64,000 nt of DNA from Flaccisagitta enflata (lineage: Eukaryota): positions 26,350,001-26,414,000 of the forward strand of contig OZ231126.1 of NCBI GenBank assembly GCA_965153355.1, written 5' to 3'. The notes under the pieces are model-generated. The model was not told the DNA's origin. It ran no database searches and saw only the letters and a list, made by a program, of their open reading frames with translations. Below, in pieces: positions 1-14,630 of the stretch; the stretch's first letter is position 1; every line of letters starts with the position of its first letter. A program made the position numbers and the translations under genes.

Positions 1-217
1 AGAGAAAAAAAAAGAAAGAGAGAGAAAAAGAAAAATAGAAAGAAAGGGCAATGTTTTTTTCATTGTTTTAATTCAAATATATATTGACTAATATTTTTTT
101 TAAAGATACATAAAAATTAAGCAAATAATTTTATCAGTTCATAAAATTTGTTGGGACACAAACTGGGGGTGGCTACCCCTAAAACTTTAGCTCCCATACG
201 CCCCTGATCACCATCAG

Positions 218-1244
218 ATTCAAGTGTAGAACAATGACATTGTCAATGTACTTATCCTCTTCCTCCGCCTCCCCTCTTCTCCTTCCCACCCTCTCAACCA
301 ACTCCCGTCAACAGCATCAGCGATCGATGAGCGTCAGCTCCAGTTACGCCCCTTTGCCTCAAACGATCTCATCCCCATCATCTCTCGGACTACAGCAACA
401 ACAACAACAACAGCACCCTCACTTGGACTCTTGTTCTCCTCCTCCTCTTCTCGTTTCCATTCCTCCAATGATATCGTCTTCAGCGGCCGAAAGCATTTAT
501 TCCGGTTGTCACCAACTTCCACCACATCCTCAACAGCAGCAACATCAGCATCATCAGCAACAACATCATCCCGATATGCATCAACAGCAACAACATCACC
601 ACCAAATGCAACAACAGCATTTGCAACAACAACATCAGCAACACATGCTGCAGCAACATCAGCAACAACAACAACAACAGCAGCACCAGCAGAGAAACCA
701 GCACTCTCCGATGTTCGATAAATTGAGTTGCTTCGACGTCTTTCCATCCCCGAATCCCCATGGCAACCCCCATCACCATCAGCAACAACAACAACAACAA
801 CAACTCACCCCCGGACTAACCTCCCCTTCTCCACCCACGATCGGCGTTAGTTACGCCCACATGAACTTAGGAAGCGGTGGTCCTGGAGTGAACAACCCTC
901 ATCACGGAGGATCGAACCCTCATCTTCATCACCCTCATCACGGTAGCAACACAGGCGCGAGTCTCAACCCGATGTCGCCGATGGGACCTTCCTCTAGAAA
1001 CGCCGCGCATCCCGCGCCTCCTCCCGCGCCACCCGGGCACGGAATCGCCTCTTCTTCCTCTTCCTCCTCCCCTTCGATGTCGCCGTCGCTCTCCTCTTCC
1101 TCCTCCGCCAACAACCAGCCGCATATGACGGCCACTTTCGCGTCTCCAGGTGGCGGCGGCGGCGGCGGCAGTGGAGGTGGAAGTGGCGGTGGATATCCGA
1201 GTGGAGGCGGATTGTCTACACCACCAAAACTCACTCACTTGTGA
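218..1244 (+). CDS. Hox3: Probable terminal coding exon of a Hox3-class homeobox gene (C-terminal Q/H/S/G-rich region; homeobox not in window)
   Basis: Open frame from after the stop at 180-182 to TGA 1242-1244, with mixed-codon poly-Q/H (CAA/CAG/CAT/CAC). It ends in PPKLTHL*, matching the PKLTHL C-terminus of Hox paralogue group 3. Candidate acceptor ctgat..ccatcag|A at 217/218; AATAAA near 1292 and 1491. Exon start uncertain. Confidence 0.62.
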
Positions 1245-2184
1245 TGATCGACGAACAATTACAGACGGAATTCGACAACGATGTTAAATGCAATAAAGAA
1301 GACGCGATCGCGTTATTTCGGGCTACAACGTCGCGTATCGTCATTGATACATCGTAAGACAGAGTCGTGATATGACGCAAAGGAAGTGACCGCAAAAACG
1401 TGGAAAATGCGACGCACACGAAATGTTGCTTTGCGTATGTTTTCGACGAAAAAGCGCGATTCGTACGCGGTAAAAGTCTACGATCTGCCAAATAAAAAGC
1501 GCGTCAGTTGTCTGTCCGTTTATCTGCCTAAATCGCCACCGCTACATGCTACATATTTGTTCTTTAATATTCGATAATGTTCATTTGTCCGAAGAAAAGA
1601 ATCCGACGTGCCGATTGCACCCGGCAAAGGCGGAGCTTCCGCAGCGTTTTTACGCTTCTCCATGAGAGAAACAAAACAAACAAAAGAAATTCGAATCTAG
1701 TTAATTTTACCATCCCTTTTCTTTTCTTTTCCCCCATCTCTTTTTTTCCATTGGGGTGGGCGAAAGCCAAAAAAAAAAAGAAAAAAGAAACGAATCGATC
1801 TGAGAATCTAACGCAGTCCAAAAAGACGCGAAAAGAATCGCCTCAAAGAGTCGCCGACAGTAATGAAAGGATCAAGAGAGAATTTAGACGCTGAGCCAGT
1901 CAGTGAGAGAGAGAGAGAGAGAGACTGACAGAGACCGAGAAGGGCAAACAGACAGAAACAAATGAAAATGAAAAAAATTACAGGTAGACAAACTGACAGA
2001 CAGATGGATTACAATTCAGAAAGTAGGGGGAACGAGCAACAGTGGCTATCTTCTGCACTAGATTTTAGCTCTTTTCGGGGGTTTTGGAGTAGTTGGGAAT
2101 CAATTGCTAATCCACGGGGGTCACAATGATACTCACCAAGCTCTCTAGAGGGACAAGGGGGAGGAGCAATGCTGTTATTGGGAA

Positions 2185-2281
<97 letters not shown>

Positions 2282-3939
2282 TTGGATCCGGTGAGAGACA
2301 AGTGAATCCCCGAAACAAAAGAGGGTTTTAGGAATGAAGAGGGAAAATAGGAAGATGAGGAGGAAGGAGAGGGGGAAGAGAAGGAGATGAGGGGAAGGGG
2401 GGGGACATGGAATCCCCACGGATTCCTCCTTTCGGGTTTTACTGGGTGGAGCCCTGCATCGGGGAAATTGGGAATTTCTAAAGAGTGGGAGGAAGAGGAG
2501 GAGCAGGAGAAAGCGAAAGCAGGAGTTTGAGGAGGATGAAGAAGAGGAGAGGGAGGAGTCGCCGAAGGAGGAGCATCTAGCAAGCAAGGACAGAGGAAGA
2601 ATTGGAGGAAGGGCGGAGAACCAGATGAAGAACAATCGAAGAAAATAGACAACTAGATGGAAATGAAAGAGAAGAAAAGAAAAGAAGAGGAGAAGGGAAT
2701 TTTGAATTTTGAAGGGAAGGAAAGGTGGAGGGAAGGGGAGAGTTAGATGGAAGGCAAGTTGTATATACCGTCCATACGAATATCAAAGACGAAACTTTTC
2801 TTTTGCTTAACAATTTGAACTTAAAAAAACAGAACAACAGAACTACAAAGTATTCCGATAAAAAGAATCTTAAGCGACATGGGGCAAGGGGGGGGGCAGG
2901 GAGGAAAAGTCAGAGGCGAAGAAGGACTGGAGATGAGAGTCGGTGCTACGTGGAGGTCGAGCGGAGGCCAAAATTGGAAGAAGAAAAGAAAAGAAAAATC
3001 AGAGAGAAAGGCAAAGACAGGCTGACAGACGAACAAATGCTCGGTAGACAGATACGCTCAAGAGAGTATGAAAGACGAACAAATACTCGTCAGACAAGCC
3101 GACAACAAAAAGAAATCGGAGACAAGCGTCAAAGAATTCAGCGACTCTTATTCCGTTGTCAAGACACCATAGTGAATGAAATAAAAACACACACAGTGCA
3201 CACTGCACATTGCACAATACCCCAAGATACTGCACGTTGAAAGCACGTTGAATCATGTGCGTGCACGTTGATCATGATTTTGCACACGATCGATACGCGT
3301 AGGGGTGCATGACACGTGTTTGAATGACATCCCGCGTGCAGGCATTGGGTGTGGCGCCTGTCATGTATCACATTCTGTGGAGCAGCAAAACAGTGGGATG
3401 ATGAACGGGCAACGGGAATACAAAGCAGAGGGCGTAAAAGGGATTTGAAGAAATAGCTCATCTGAGGTACACCTCGCAGAACGAAAGAAGGGGGCGCGCG
3501 CGTGACACCTGACAAGGCAAAGGGACGGCAGAGGGAAATGACACGAGGATGTCACGTGACAATTTTGCGCACGTGACAGTCGTGCACGTGTCACGATCAG
3601 GACCGTCAGGAAAGACGCACGCGTAACATCGGCACCCGAGTCACGTGCAAACGCCCAAAGAATTCCACAAAAGACGCTGGAAAAAAAAACGGAAAGGGAG
3701 GAAAAAAAAATAGCAAGGAAAAAGGAAAATAACTGTCTGTGCGTATAACCGTTGTTTTTTGCTCTAACAACTAAATGTATGGTTGTTAGATTGTCGGTAT
3801 TTCCATTGTTTGTTAAGCTTTTGCCAGTTGGTCCTTTTGTTGATTTGTTTGTGTGTGTGCGCGTTTTTTCCATTTTTTCCCAGCGCATATGAACATGAAA
3901 AAAAAGGTTTACCTCTGAAGACCAACTTCAACCCGATTG

Positions 3940-4047
<108 letters not shown>

Positions 4048-4267
4048 TACGGCCACCCAAAACTCACGTTCTCATCCTTCTATTTACGTTCACAAACAGG
4101 CACCATCCCTCTTTCCGCCCATGAAAGGGAAAGAGACAGAGACAGAGATAGAGCAAAGGATTGAGACTGAGATAAAGACAGAGACTGACACAGAGACAGA
4201 GACCGAGACGGCGATAAAGACAGAGACAGAGACAGAGAACAAGACTGAAAGAAGGGCGCAGAGAATC

Positions 4268-4840
4268 AAACTAGTCATCCAAGGATCGCACATGGTCAGC
4301 GGTACCCGATGCCCTGCTTGGAGTGATCAAGTGAAGTAGTGGACTGAGAGCAGGGCAGCGGCCCCAAAGGACCGATGTCCTGTAGGACACAGGGGGTAAT
4401 TTCCAAACGTCCTGAGGGGGAATATATAAGGCCTAAGAGGGATTTGAGGTTTAGGGGGAAGATTTTGGGCCTGAAGATTAGATATGAGATCCGGGGGTAG
4501 GCTTGAGGCATTAGGGGCAGATTGGAGGCCTGGAGGGCTGATTCGAGGCCTGGAATAATGATTTTAGGGCTGGAGAGCAGATTTGAGGCCTGGAGAGCTG
4601 ATTTGAGAGCTGATTTGAGGCCTGGAGAGCTGATTTGAGGTCTGGAGGGCTGATTTGAGGCCTGGAGGGCTGATTTGAGGGCTTAGAGGGCCTAAATCAG
4701 GCCTGAGAGTGACGATTTTAGGCCTCGATGGCCAACGGGGGGGGGGGGACGGACGGAAGGACGGACGGACGGACGGACGTTTGGAAATTACCCCCTGTGT
4801 CCTACAGGACATCGGCCCTTTGGGGCCGCTGCCCAAAAAA
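4268..4840 (+). mobile_element. Non-autonomous HINE/DINE-1-like element, family 1
   Basis: Starts aaactagtcatccaaggatcgcacatggtcagcggtacccg. The internal gggcagcggccccaaag..gatgtcctgtaggacacagggg is repeated inverted at the 3' end. Contains a ~21-bp minisatellite and (GGAC)n and ends in an A-run. Multiple copies in window. Confidence 0.7.
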
Positions 4841-5008
4841 GCACAGATGGCGTTAGTGAGTGAAAGGAGAGGAAAGACAAAAATGCTAAATTCCCGAACA
4901 AAAGAGCATCAGTGGTGGGTGAAGCCGAGGTGCCGCGAGAACGAAGGAAAAAACCGAAAGAAGACCGGATAAAAATGGGGAATTGAAAAGGTTGAAGAAA
5001 CGAAAATG

Positions 5009-5572
5009 AAACTAGTCATCCAAGGATCGCACATGGTCAGCGGTACCCGATGCCCTGCTGGGAGTGATCCAGTGAAGAAGTGGAGTGAGAGCAGGGCAGC
5101 GGCCCCAAAGGGCCGATGTCCTGTAGAACACAGGGGGGAATTTCCATACGTCCTGAGGGGGTATATTTCAGGCAATAGATGACTGATTCAGGCAAAAGAA
5201 GGCATATTTGAAGGCTGGAGGGCAGAATTAAGGCTTGGAGAGTGGATTTGAGATTTGGAGGGCAAATTTGAGCCATAGAGGGCAGATTTGATGCTTGGAG
5301 GCCTAATTGAAGGTCTTGAGGGCAGATCTGAGGTCTGTAGGTCAGATTTGAGTCAGATTTGAGGCGGGGGGGGGGGCTGATTTGAAGCCTGAAAGGCTGA
5401 TTTGAGGCCTGGAGGGCTAAATTTAGGGCTGGGAGGGTAAATTTGAGGCCTTGATGGCCAATGGGGGGGGACGGACGGAAGGACGGACGGAAGGACGGAC
5501 GGACGGACGGACGTATGGAAATTCCCCCCTGTGTTCTACAGGACATCGGCCCTTTGGGGCCGCTGCCAAAAA
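5009..5572 (+). mobile_element. HINE/DINE-1-like element, family 1 (second copy)
   Basis: Same termini, inverted repeat and (GGAC)n as 4268-4840. Confidence 0.7.
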
Positions 5573-5962
5573 AAGGAGACAAAAATGCGCCAACAGTTCT
5601 TGTTTAACTTGTTGCCTTTCCGTTCGCTCTTCGGCACCATACAATTTCCCATCTATTATGGGCATATTTCCGTTAATGCCAATATAGAATGTGTAACTGT
5701 AATTACAAACAATCAACTAAAAATGGACGGGGAAAACACGAAAGAAAAGATGGAATGCACTACACGATAAGGAGGAAGATGCCATGATAAGAGGCAAGGG
5801 TAGAAGGGCCAACTATCCGTTTAGCCTCCAATCCCGTCAGCTGTCATTTAGCGTCCTTTCTTTCTCCATCCCATCTGTCCATCTTCCCATCCATTCGGAC
5901 TTTTCCCTTTGGTCGTTGCAACTATCGGCCAACCTATCAGTCTACCTGATTCGTGCCATGCA

Positions 5963-6174
<212 letters not shown>

Positions 6175-6352
6175 AGGAACCGCATCTTCTTCTTTATTTA
6201 GCTTCTTTTTTTTTCTTCTGTGCGCGCTAAAAGGTCAGACAATCGGAGAAGCTTTTGTTGGCCTATTTTCGCCATGGACTCCGCTGAAGGGCCGCCATTC
6301 ACATGGTGATGGGATCGATCGGCGAAGACAGCGGAAGAAGAAGGAGAAGAAA

Positions 6353-6386
<34 letters not shown>

Positions 6387-6534
6387 AGAAGAAAAAAAAA
6401 AAGAAAAAAAGAAAAAAAGAAAAAAAGAAAAAAAGAAAAAAGAAAAAGAAAAAGAAAAGGATGGAGAAGAAGAAGCAGTAGAAGAGGAAGAAGAAGTAGA
6501 CGAAGAAGAGAGAGAAAGATAAAAAGAAGAAATA

Positions 6535-7312
6535 CAGTATGATTGTTTTCGTTTGTAACATTTCATGACGACATAACTTCAAAAGTTGTAGAGATAACCA
6601 TATTCTGAAAAAAAAAGTGAAAGATATTTAAACTACATTTAATGATAATCAAATCCCAAGACTTTTCAATAAAAATCTGTTCCAGATTTCTTACTATTAG
6701 TTGTAAGGCATATTTGGCTAAAATGAACAGTTTTTTATGTTTTGAGATAAACTGTTTTTCTTTGGATTGCTCTTATTTCTAAACGATTTGACCTACAAAT
6801 ACTAGGTTGGTCTCAAATTAAAGATAATTTGAAGTAGTTTTAGAAAATAAAAAGAAAGAAACCTTTTTGGAAACACGTATCATAAAAAACATGAAAGAAA
6901 TGAGATCATTTTTAAAGATTTAACAAAAGTACCTGCCTATAGTTTATGAATTATATTCAAAACATCAAATCAGTGCTTACTTTTTAGAAAACCTTAAAAC
7001 TAGATCAAATTATCTTTCATTTGAGACCAATCTGGCATCTGTAGCTCAAACCGTTTAGAAATGAAAACAATTCAAAGGTAAACAGTCCATCTGTTAGATT
7101 TTCTCAAATTGTTCAATTTGACAACTTGTGAAGTTGGTCCTGTAGTTCATTTTTTCTTGAGAGAATCAGATTTTTCTAAGTAGATCCTTTGATTGATATG
7201 TTATAAAATGTAATTTCATAATCTTTTAGGAACTTTTTTCAGAATTCAATTATTTTAATAACTTTAAGAACTATGTCGTCATGAAATGTTACAATTGAAA
7301 ACAATCATACTG
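6535..7312. mobile_element. Tc1/mariner-type MITE
   Basis: TIR cagtatgattgttttc..tgtaacatttcatgacgacat / atgtcgtcatgaaatgttaca..gaaaacaatcatactg, flanked by TA on both sides (6533-34, 7313-14). Further internal inverted segments. Confidence 0.85.
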
Positions 7313-7356
7313 TAGAAAAAGAAAAAGAGAAAAAAAAAGGGAAAATGATTGAAAAA

Positions 7357-7440
<84 letters not shown>

Positions 7441-7779
7441 AATAACGATAGAGAGAAGTAACTGTAGAAAGAAAGAATGGTGGAAAGGAATAAAGATACG
7501 AAGAAGGGAGAGAATAAAAGGCTACTGAAAAAGAGGCGGAGAGAAAAAGCAAAAAGATATATCAAAGAAACAGAAAGAAAAATTGGGCGAAAAAAGAAAA
7601 TTTGAATACGAATCACATTTTTTGGTTTTAGGCTTGTGAAGCGACTTAGAAGATAGACGAGAGAGAGAGAGAGAGAGAGAGAGAAGAATCAAAATAAACG
7701 AGTGAGAGAGAGCAACGCACATACAGCCAGCCCAAGAGACATCTGCCGTGCTACTTTGGTGATACGAAAAGATGCGTAA

Positions 7780-7980
7780 AAACAAGGCCGGACATACGGC
7801 CACCAGTTGCGGACGGGTGGGCAGTGGCGGATATGTGCGTTTTCCCACTTTTCGACTCGAGCTGACGGACGGACCGACGGACCGACGGATCGACGGACCG
7901 ACGGACCGACGGATCGACGGACCGACGGACCGACGGACGGACAAAGCCTCTTATAGAGTTGCGTGTCCGCAACTAAAAAG
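7780..7980 (+). mobile_element. Short HINE-like element, family 2
   Basis: aacaaggccgga...agttgcggac ... (GGAC/GACC)n ... aaagcctcttatagagttgcgtgtccgcaactaaaaa. Related copies near 13222-13372, 27308-27651, 30137-30253, 30416-30563, 34930-35133 and 54660-54861. Confidence 0.7.
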
Positions 7981-8110
7981 ATACGAATGAAAATAAGAAA
8001 ATAAAACGATGAAATGCGATGAGATGAGATGAGATTAATAAAAAAGAAAAGAAATTAAGAGATAAAGAAAGAAAGAAAGGGAAAAGGAAAGAACGGAAGA
8101 AGGAAAGTAC

Positions 8111-8196
<86 letters not shown>

Positions 8197-9416
8197 AATA
8201 AAGAAAGGAAGAAAGAAAGCCTAAAGAGAACTAACTACATATTGCCTCCATCTCTACCCCAGCTCTCCACTCGCCTCTTTCTCGTCACCAAAACTTTCTC
8301 TCCTTTTCCCCTTCGTTTTTTTCCTCTCTATATTTTTTTGTTGGACCAAATAAATCGATCCGTTTTCTAGCTTTGAGAAGTGAAAAGAAGATTTAACATT
8401 GACATGTAGATTATAAAAGGAAGAAGACAAGATGAAAAGATAGGAATAGAAAAGTCTCTGCTGGATCTGGTGGTTGAGAATCGAGATGGTAGATGAATAA
8501 AGGTGGTTGGGTGTTGAGGTGGTATATCAAGGATGGGATGGGGTTTAGGATGAGTGTTGCATTGGTAAGTCAAGGGTGGGGATCAGGATGGATGTTGAGA
8601 TAGTAAATCAAGGATGGGGAGCAGGATAGGTGTTGAGGTGGTAAACCTAAACTAGGCCAAGTGGTTGATGCGTTTATGATTGAGTCGAGTACTGGTCAAA
8701 TTGATAGATAGAAATTGATCATGACAGGAAAGATGACCTCGGTAGATTTTGACGTTTTAACTGAAAGAAAAAGAATACAATAACCCAGTTCTTAGTGATG
8801 ATGAAACTGTGATGGAAGTGTTTGTCTTTTAAGTTGGCGAGTACAAACGAAGAAAAAAAAGAAGGTGAGGAGGTTGACAATTTTTGAGGGTGAAATGAAG
8901 TTAACAGTTGACATGGAAATGTTAATTTAGAAAGGAATAAGAGACTCACGCATGAATAACCACATGGTGTGCTCTGTTTGGTGAGTTCGGCGAGTGTAAG
9001 TAGAAGGGGATAGAATAAGTCAAGCTGTATTTTTTGGATTTTGATTCTATCTTACCCAACGCTGACTATTTTTTTCGTTTGAAAGTTATAACGGTTCTTC
9101 TTGCATTCATCAATTCAAAACAAAGTGCAGAGTGTGTAAGTTGTTTATCAGCCACCATTATTTTTTTTATAAACATTGGTACAATATGTCTTCCGTCGGT
9201 CCGCTCCACCCACATATCTTATCCCTTCTTCCTCCCACTTTTGATATCCGGATCCCACCAATATCCTTCTTTTCCTCTTCCTCTTCCTCCTCTCCTTCCT
9301 CATCTTCCTCCTCCAGCCAATCTTCTCAAAGCCTTGCGTCAAAATGAGAGCCAAGCCTTTGTTCAAACCGGAATCAGAGAAGCAAAGAATCAGCACATTT
9401 CCTTTGCGCCAGCTTC

Positions 9417-9522
<106 letters not shown>

Positions 9523-11237
9523 ACAGCGGCGCATCTGAATTCCACCGGCTTCAGGCCGCAGTGTCTCCAGTTCGGTGTACCCCTCCCCCTATCCCATTTC
9601 CAACCCTTACATAAAAAACCACCACAATCGTTAGATTTTTAGAATTAACTAAACCAACATGTCAATCAATATTTTCAATACTTACTCCCATTTTCTCAAC
9701 CACATTGTCATCAATACCAGCATCACTGATCAGTGATCACCTCAACATGACAAGTTGCAGTATCTGGTGCGGCGAGATGGATAAACAAAAACCTAATTTA
9801 CATATTGAGGTATTCAGATATTTCATTTCGAACTTACAAAAACCTGAGATGCATTAATTTGTTATTGAAAAAAAAGTATGTATAAAAAACATAGTTTAAG
9901 ACAAAACGTAGTAAAGAAACTTTTGCATGTTAAAGGAGCGATAGAGTTTTAGACAGTGATACGCCTAGAGAGAATAAGATCGCATTGTATCAAATAGGAT
10001 CTGAAAATTTCGGAGCTCTGGCGGAATTGCACACGGCCTCTTCTACGGATAGTATACAAACGAGTGTACGAAAAAGCCTCGAGTTTTTAGATGTGTCTGC
10101 TGATGTTGCTGAAAAAATGGTCTGATGTAAAATTGTAAATGGATACCTGTATTTAAAAGAATATGTGATGAGATCATGAGAGTTTCAAACAGTACAAAGC
10201 AGTCAAATACTATCTCACTATAAGATGTAACTGCTACTCACTATAACTGTATTAAAGATAGTATGTGATTAGAGTTTCAAACAGCATAGTGCAGTCAAAC
10301 TTTATCTTACTGTATAAAGTTTCTGAAAAACTGAACTTTGACTGCAGACTTAATCATTTTGGCTACCATACAGTTAATCGCTTTCATGCCTCTTTGCTCA
10401 CCCAATCTCCCCCGTCTCACCCAATCAGACAAAAAGTACAAATCAAACTCCAAGTGAGGGAATTTTCTCCATTTTCTTCTTCTTTTCGCGTTTTTGTTCC
10501 CATTTGAATCAAGTCTCAGCCTTTGTTCACCTTTGCGCCCCTTCATGGTCGTGTTCACGCTGATTGCAATTATTTCTTGATTTCAGCATTCATTGATACA
10601 GCACAATGCGTTTTTTGACTGTTTATTCCATCAATCATTAACAGACACACGGACCGACAGACAGACAGACACACATTGGCAAAACTGTCAAAGCTTATCA
10701 CTAAAAAGTGTAAAGCTTAGAAACTAGGTTTACATTAAGAAAGGTTTTTAAGTTCAGTATCAGTGAAAATGGCCCAAAATCTGTGAAATGAACGGTGTTC
10801 GTGGGATTGACACTTTGAAAACAAAGAGCAAGAACGCGCCTTTTTTTTTCCACGACCAAACAACGGGAAACAAACTGTCTTTTAACGGAACCACTCTCTA
10901 AGCTCACGCCTGACTGGTTTTGGGTATCGACAATCACAACCGACAACAAAACACAACCACCAAAAACCATATCACGAGAAATAACTGTCTTTGGTAGAGG
11001 AACGCCGACTCAAACCTTTTCTAACAAAGAGATATCTGCGTAACTGCGGCTGTTCGCTACAACCCCTCATCGTAACTCTTTGTAAATTTGTTGAATGTAA
11101 ACCACCGTTCTTCGCTTTTTTTTTTTGTTCAACTGGGTCATTTTTGTTTTTCTCCTCCATTTCTATTTGTATAACTTTCCTCCGTGGTTTTTTCTTGTTT
11201 CCTTGACTTTTTTCTGTTCCCTTGTCTGTCTGTCTAC

Positions 11238-11334
<97 letters not shown>

Positions 11335-11486
11335 CATACGTCTTTAACACCTATTCAGTCCTGCCTCACTCGGGTTTTCACACATTTTTCTCGTTTGTTT
11401 TCTTGTTTGTCTTTCTTTTTCTCGCTTTTAAAAAGAGAAGAAACGCCATTTTGCCCCATGATTCCAATCTTTTACCCTTTCCATTC

Positions 11487-11581
<95 letters not shown>

Positions 11582-12227
11582 GCATACTCAGGTGTGTCAA
11601 ATACGGGTGATGACTGAATTTGAGACCGTAACGCTGACGCAAGATGGGGCTATTGATTTTAGAATGATCACCGGTTTTTTTTTTTTCAAAATTCATTCGG
11701 CAACCGTTTTTTTTTTCGCGATCGAAATCTAATGCAATGTCTGCACTCTTGTTCGCCAAGAAACAAATTCATTAACCAAAAAAGACCATTTTACTATTTC
11801 ATTGAAGTTGATATGATTAACCCAGGCACTTTTCTGTGAAGCTTTAAAGAGGATAGCAGCATTTAGAAGTAATTCGAATGCCCCACCATACAAGGCAATG
11901 GATGAAAAGTCAAAAACGTGATCACAACGTTATGCAAATTAGGGGCAAAACAGGGATTATAGAAAAAACGGAAGATAACCGAAAATTGAAAAAAGAAAAA
12001 CAGTGAAGGTATTTAAATGAATAACCCCATGATGCCTTAGCATTATACTCTCAGGAATTCATGTTTTGCATATTGACACACCCGACCGGCATACGCTATC
12101 TCCATTTTTCCCCTTCGCTTTCCCTAAACATTTTTTTCCATGCTTTTGTCTCTGTTCTGCCTTATTCCGTATGACTGTGTCTAGCTGTCCCTTTTTTCCA
12201 TGTGACGGTCTGTCAGCCTATTTGACT

Positions 12228-12328
<101 letters not shown>

Positions 12329-12897
12329 TTCATTTTCTCTCTTTCTGGGCGTTTTTCCACTCTCAGGCCTCCACTGTCAATCAAAACCAATAACATCAAC
12401 TTAGTGGAGAGCAAAAACCTTGTTGGCGATAACATACAAAGAGCTCTTGCAGAAACAGAAAAGAGAAAAATAAATAAGGAAAAAAAGTCTCTTTCAGCTT
12501 TGTTACATTGCATGTCTTTTTCTATAAAGAGGGGAAAATTTAGGAACGTCGTTGTATTTAGTAAAAGTGAATCATTGAGGCGTGTTTCAGCGTACATGAA
12601 TTGGCTTTTACTTTTCAGACTTTCATTTGAAAAAAATGTTTCAAGCATAAAATACTCTCGTTTTTTCGTTTTAAAGCATAAATAGTTCATAAAAAAATCG
12701 GTTGGAATTTAAGTAAAATGCCGATCAACTGAACACGAAGCGACTCAAGCAAATACCCCGAGAAAGCTTCGGCGGCTGAGAAGTCATTTCCCGTGGGATC
12801 AAAGGCAAAAAAGGAAAAAAAAGGATGAAAGAAATGGAAGTAAGAATCTAAAAGAGAGGGAGAGAAAGAGATATGGAAAGGACGAAAGAGGAAAGGA

Positions 12898-12981
<84 letters not shown>

Positions 12982-13432
12982 AAAGGAAAAGAGGAAATAT
13001 GAAGAAGCTCAAATCCTCAATTCGGTTGGAGAAAGAGAGAAAGAGCGAGATGCGCGGAAAAGACAAAATCAGAAAGGGATTATTTCCTCATGTCCATATT
13101 CTGAGTCGAGGGGATCAGATGGAAGTAGACAGAGAGAATGAAGAATAAGATAGGGACAGTGAGAGAAAGAGATACAGACAGATGGATGAGAGAAAAAGAA
13201 TAAGAGAGAGACATAGAGATGAAACAAGGCCGGATACACGGCAATCCAGTCATGGACGGTTGGGCAGGAGCAGTAAGTCAAAAACCGCTCGAAATTCAAA
13301 AATGTTACGGACGGACCGACAGACGGACCGACCGACATAGCAAAGTGTAGAGTCGCGTGTCCACGACTGAAAATGAGAGAGGAATATTGAGTGACAAAGG
13401 GGGGAGTTTTTAAGAAAAATAAGTTGAGAATA

Positions 13433-14630
13433 CTACCGAGCTCATATGTTTATCACCTCACTTATCTAACAATATCTCCGTATTAAATGATATCTTTTAA
13501 GCAAAATTGGTGAGATTCTGAAACTAGAGTGAATTTCCAATTGAATGGCGCAAACCATGAATGATTATCTTTAAGCGTTTAGAAATGACATGCAAAACAA
13601 AATTGCCTCTTCAAATAAAAATGGTGAAATAACTGCAAACACAGATGTGGAACATTGCAGTTGATGAAGGTTGGTGATACAGCACAATGCGCCACTCCAT
13701 CCAAGCAGTGGCACTTGAAATAACACCCCTGACATAATTAGGCGAACTGGGAACATATGCCCTAGAGGGTGAAATATTGGCCCAAGCTCTGCAAGATTTG
13801 ACATAGAGATAGCTAAAATGTCATATTTTAACATAGTAGAGCAACATACGGGGATTATTCACTGGTAGAAGGGTGAGAAGGTGATAGGTCAGAAATGGCA
13901 AATCAGATTGTGACGGATTTTCCCAGAAATATTTTTACAAAAAGATGGCACAACCCTACAGCTGTTTTTCGCGGCCTATACCCAAGGTTTTTGGCCTTTG
14001 ATGGCTAAAAACTCATTCTGTAGATAAAACTAAGAGAGGAGGTCAAAGAAATGGGCAGGGGCAGCCCTTGAGGCTGAAAAAATGTGCAATAAGAAACTTG
14101 GTAATAATGGAAAAAGTGGAACTGTCTTTTATCAGAGAATGGCTATAAAATAGGATTTCGACCTATTCTTTTTGGTAATTTTGGCTGAACTTGGACGGAA
14201 TTTACCTTAGTTTATATGTGCATATCCCAAAGTACCATTTAAATCACTTTGTCAGGCTGAAATACATGAAATTCAACCCCAGTTCGCCTAATTTTGTCAG
14301 GGGTGTTATGGCGTCAAACCTTTCCCTTTTGGCCTGGAAAGAGTTCGGACCTCAATCCCATCAAGTCTCTGTGGTCTCAAATGAAGCAACTTCAAAGCAA
14401 AAAGAGGTGTCTGCTGGGGGACTGAAAATGCTTGTCCTCTAGGTTTGGAGGATGATCATACCATCCTATCACAAATCTCTTTATGAAAGTATGCCAAGGC
14501 GAATGAAGGCATCGGTTGATGTCCAAAGTGGTCACATAAAGTATAGGACATGTTTGTGACATGTATTTGTATTGTTTATAAAATGAATTTACTGTACCTC
14601 AAAAAGGTGATAAACTTTTGAGCTAGATAG
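13433..14630 (+). mobile_element. Degenerate Tc1-like DNA transposon with transposase C-terminal remnant
   Basis: TIRs ctaccgagctcatatgtttatcacct / aggtgataaacttttgagctagatag with TA flanks. 14330 onward translates WPGKSSDLNPIKSLWSQMK (Tc1 WPxxSPDLNPIEnLW motif) and ~14480 onward LYESMPRRMKASVDVQSGHIKY (typical Tc1 C-terminus). No intact ORF. Confidence 0.88.
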
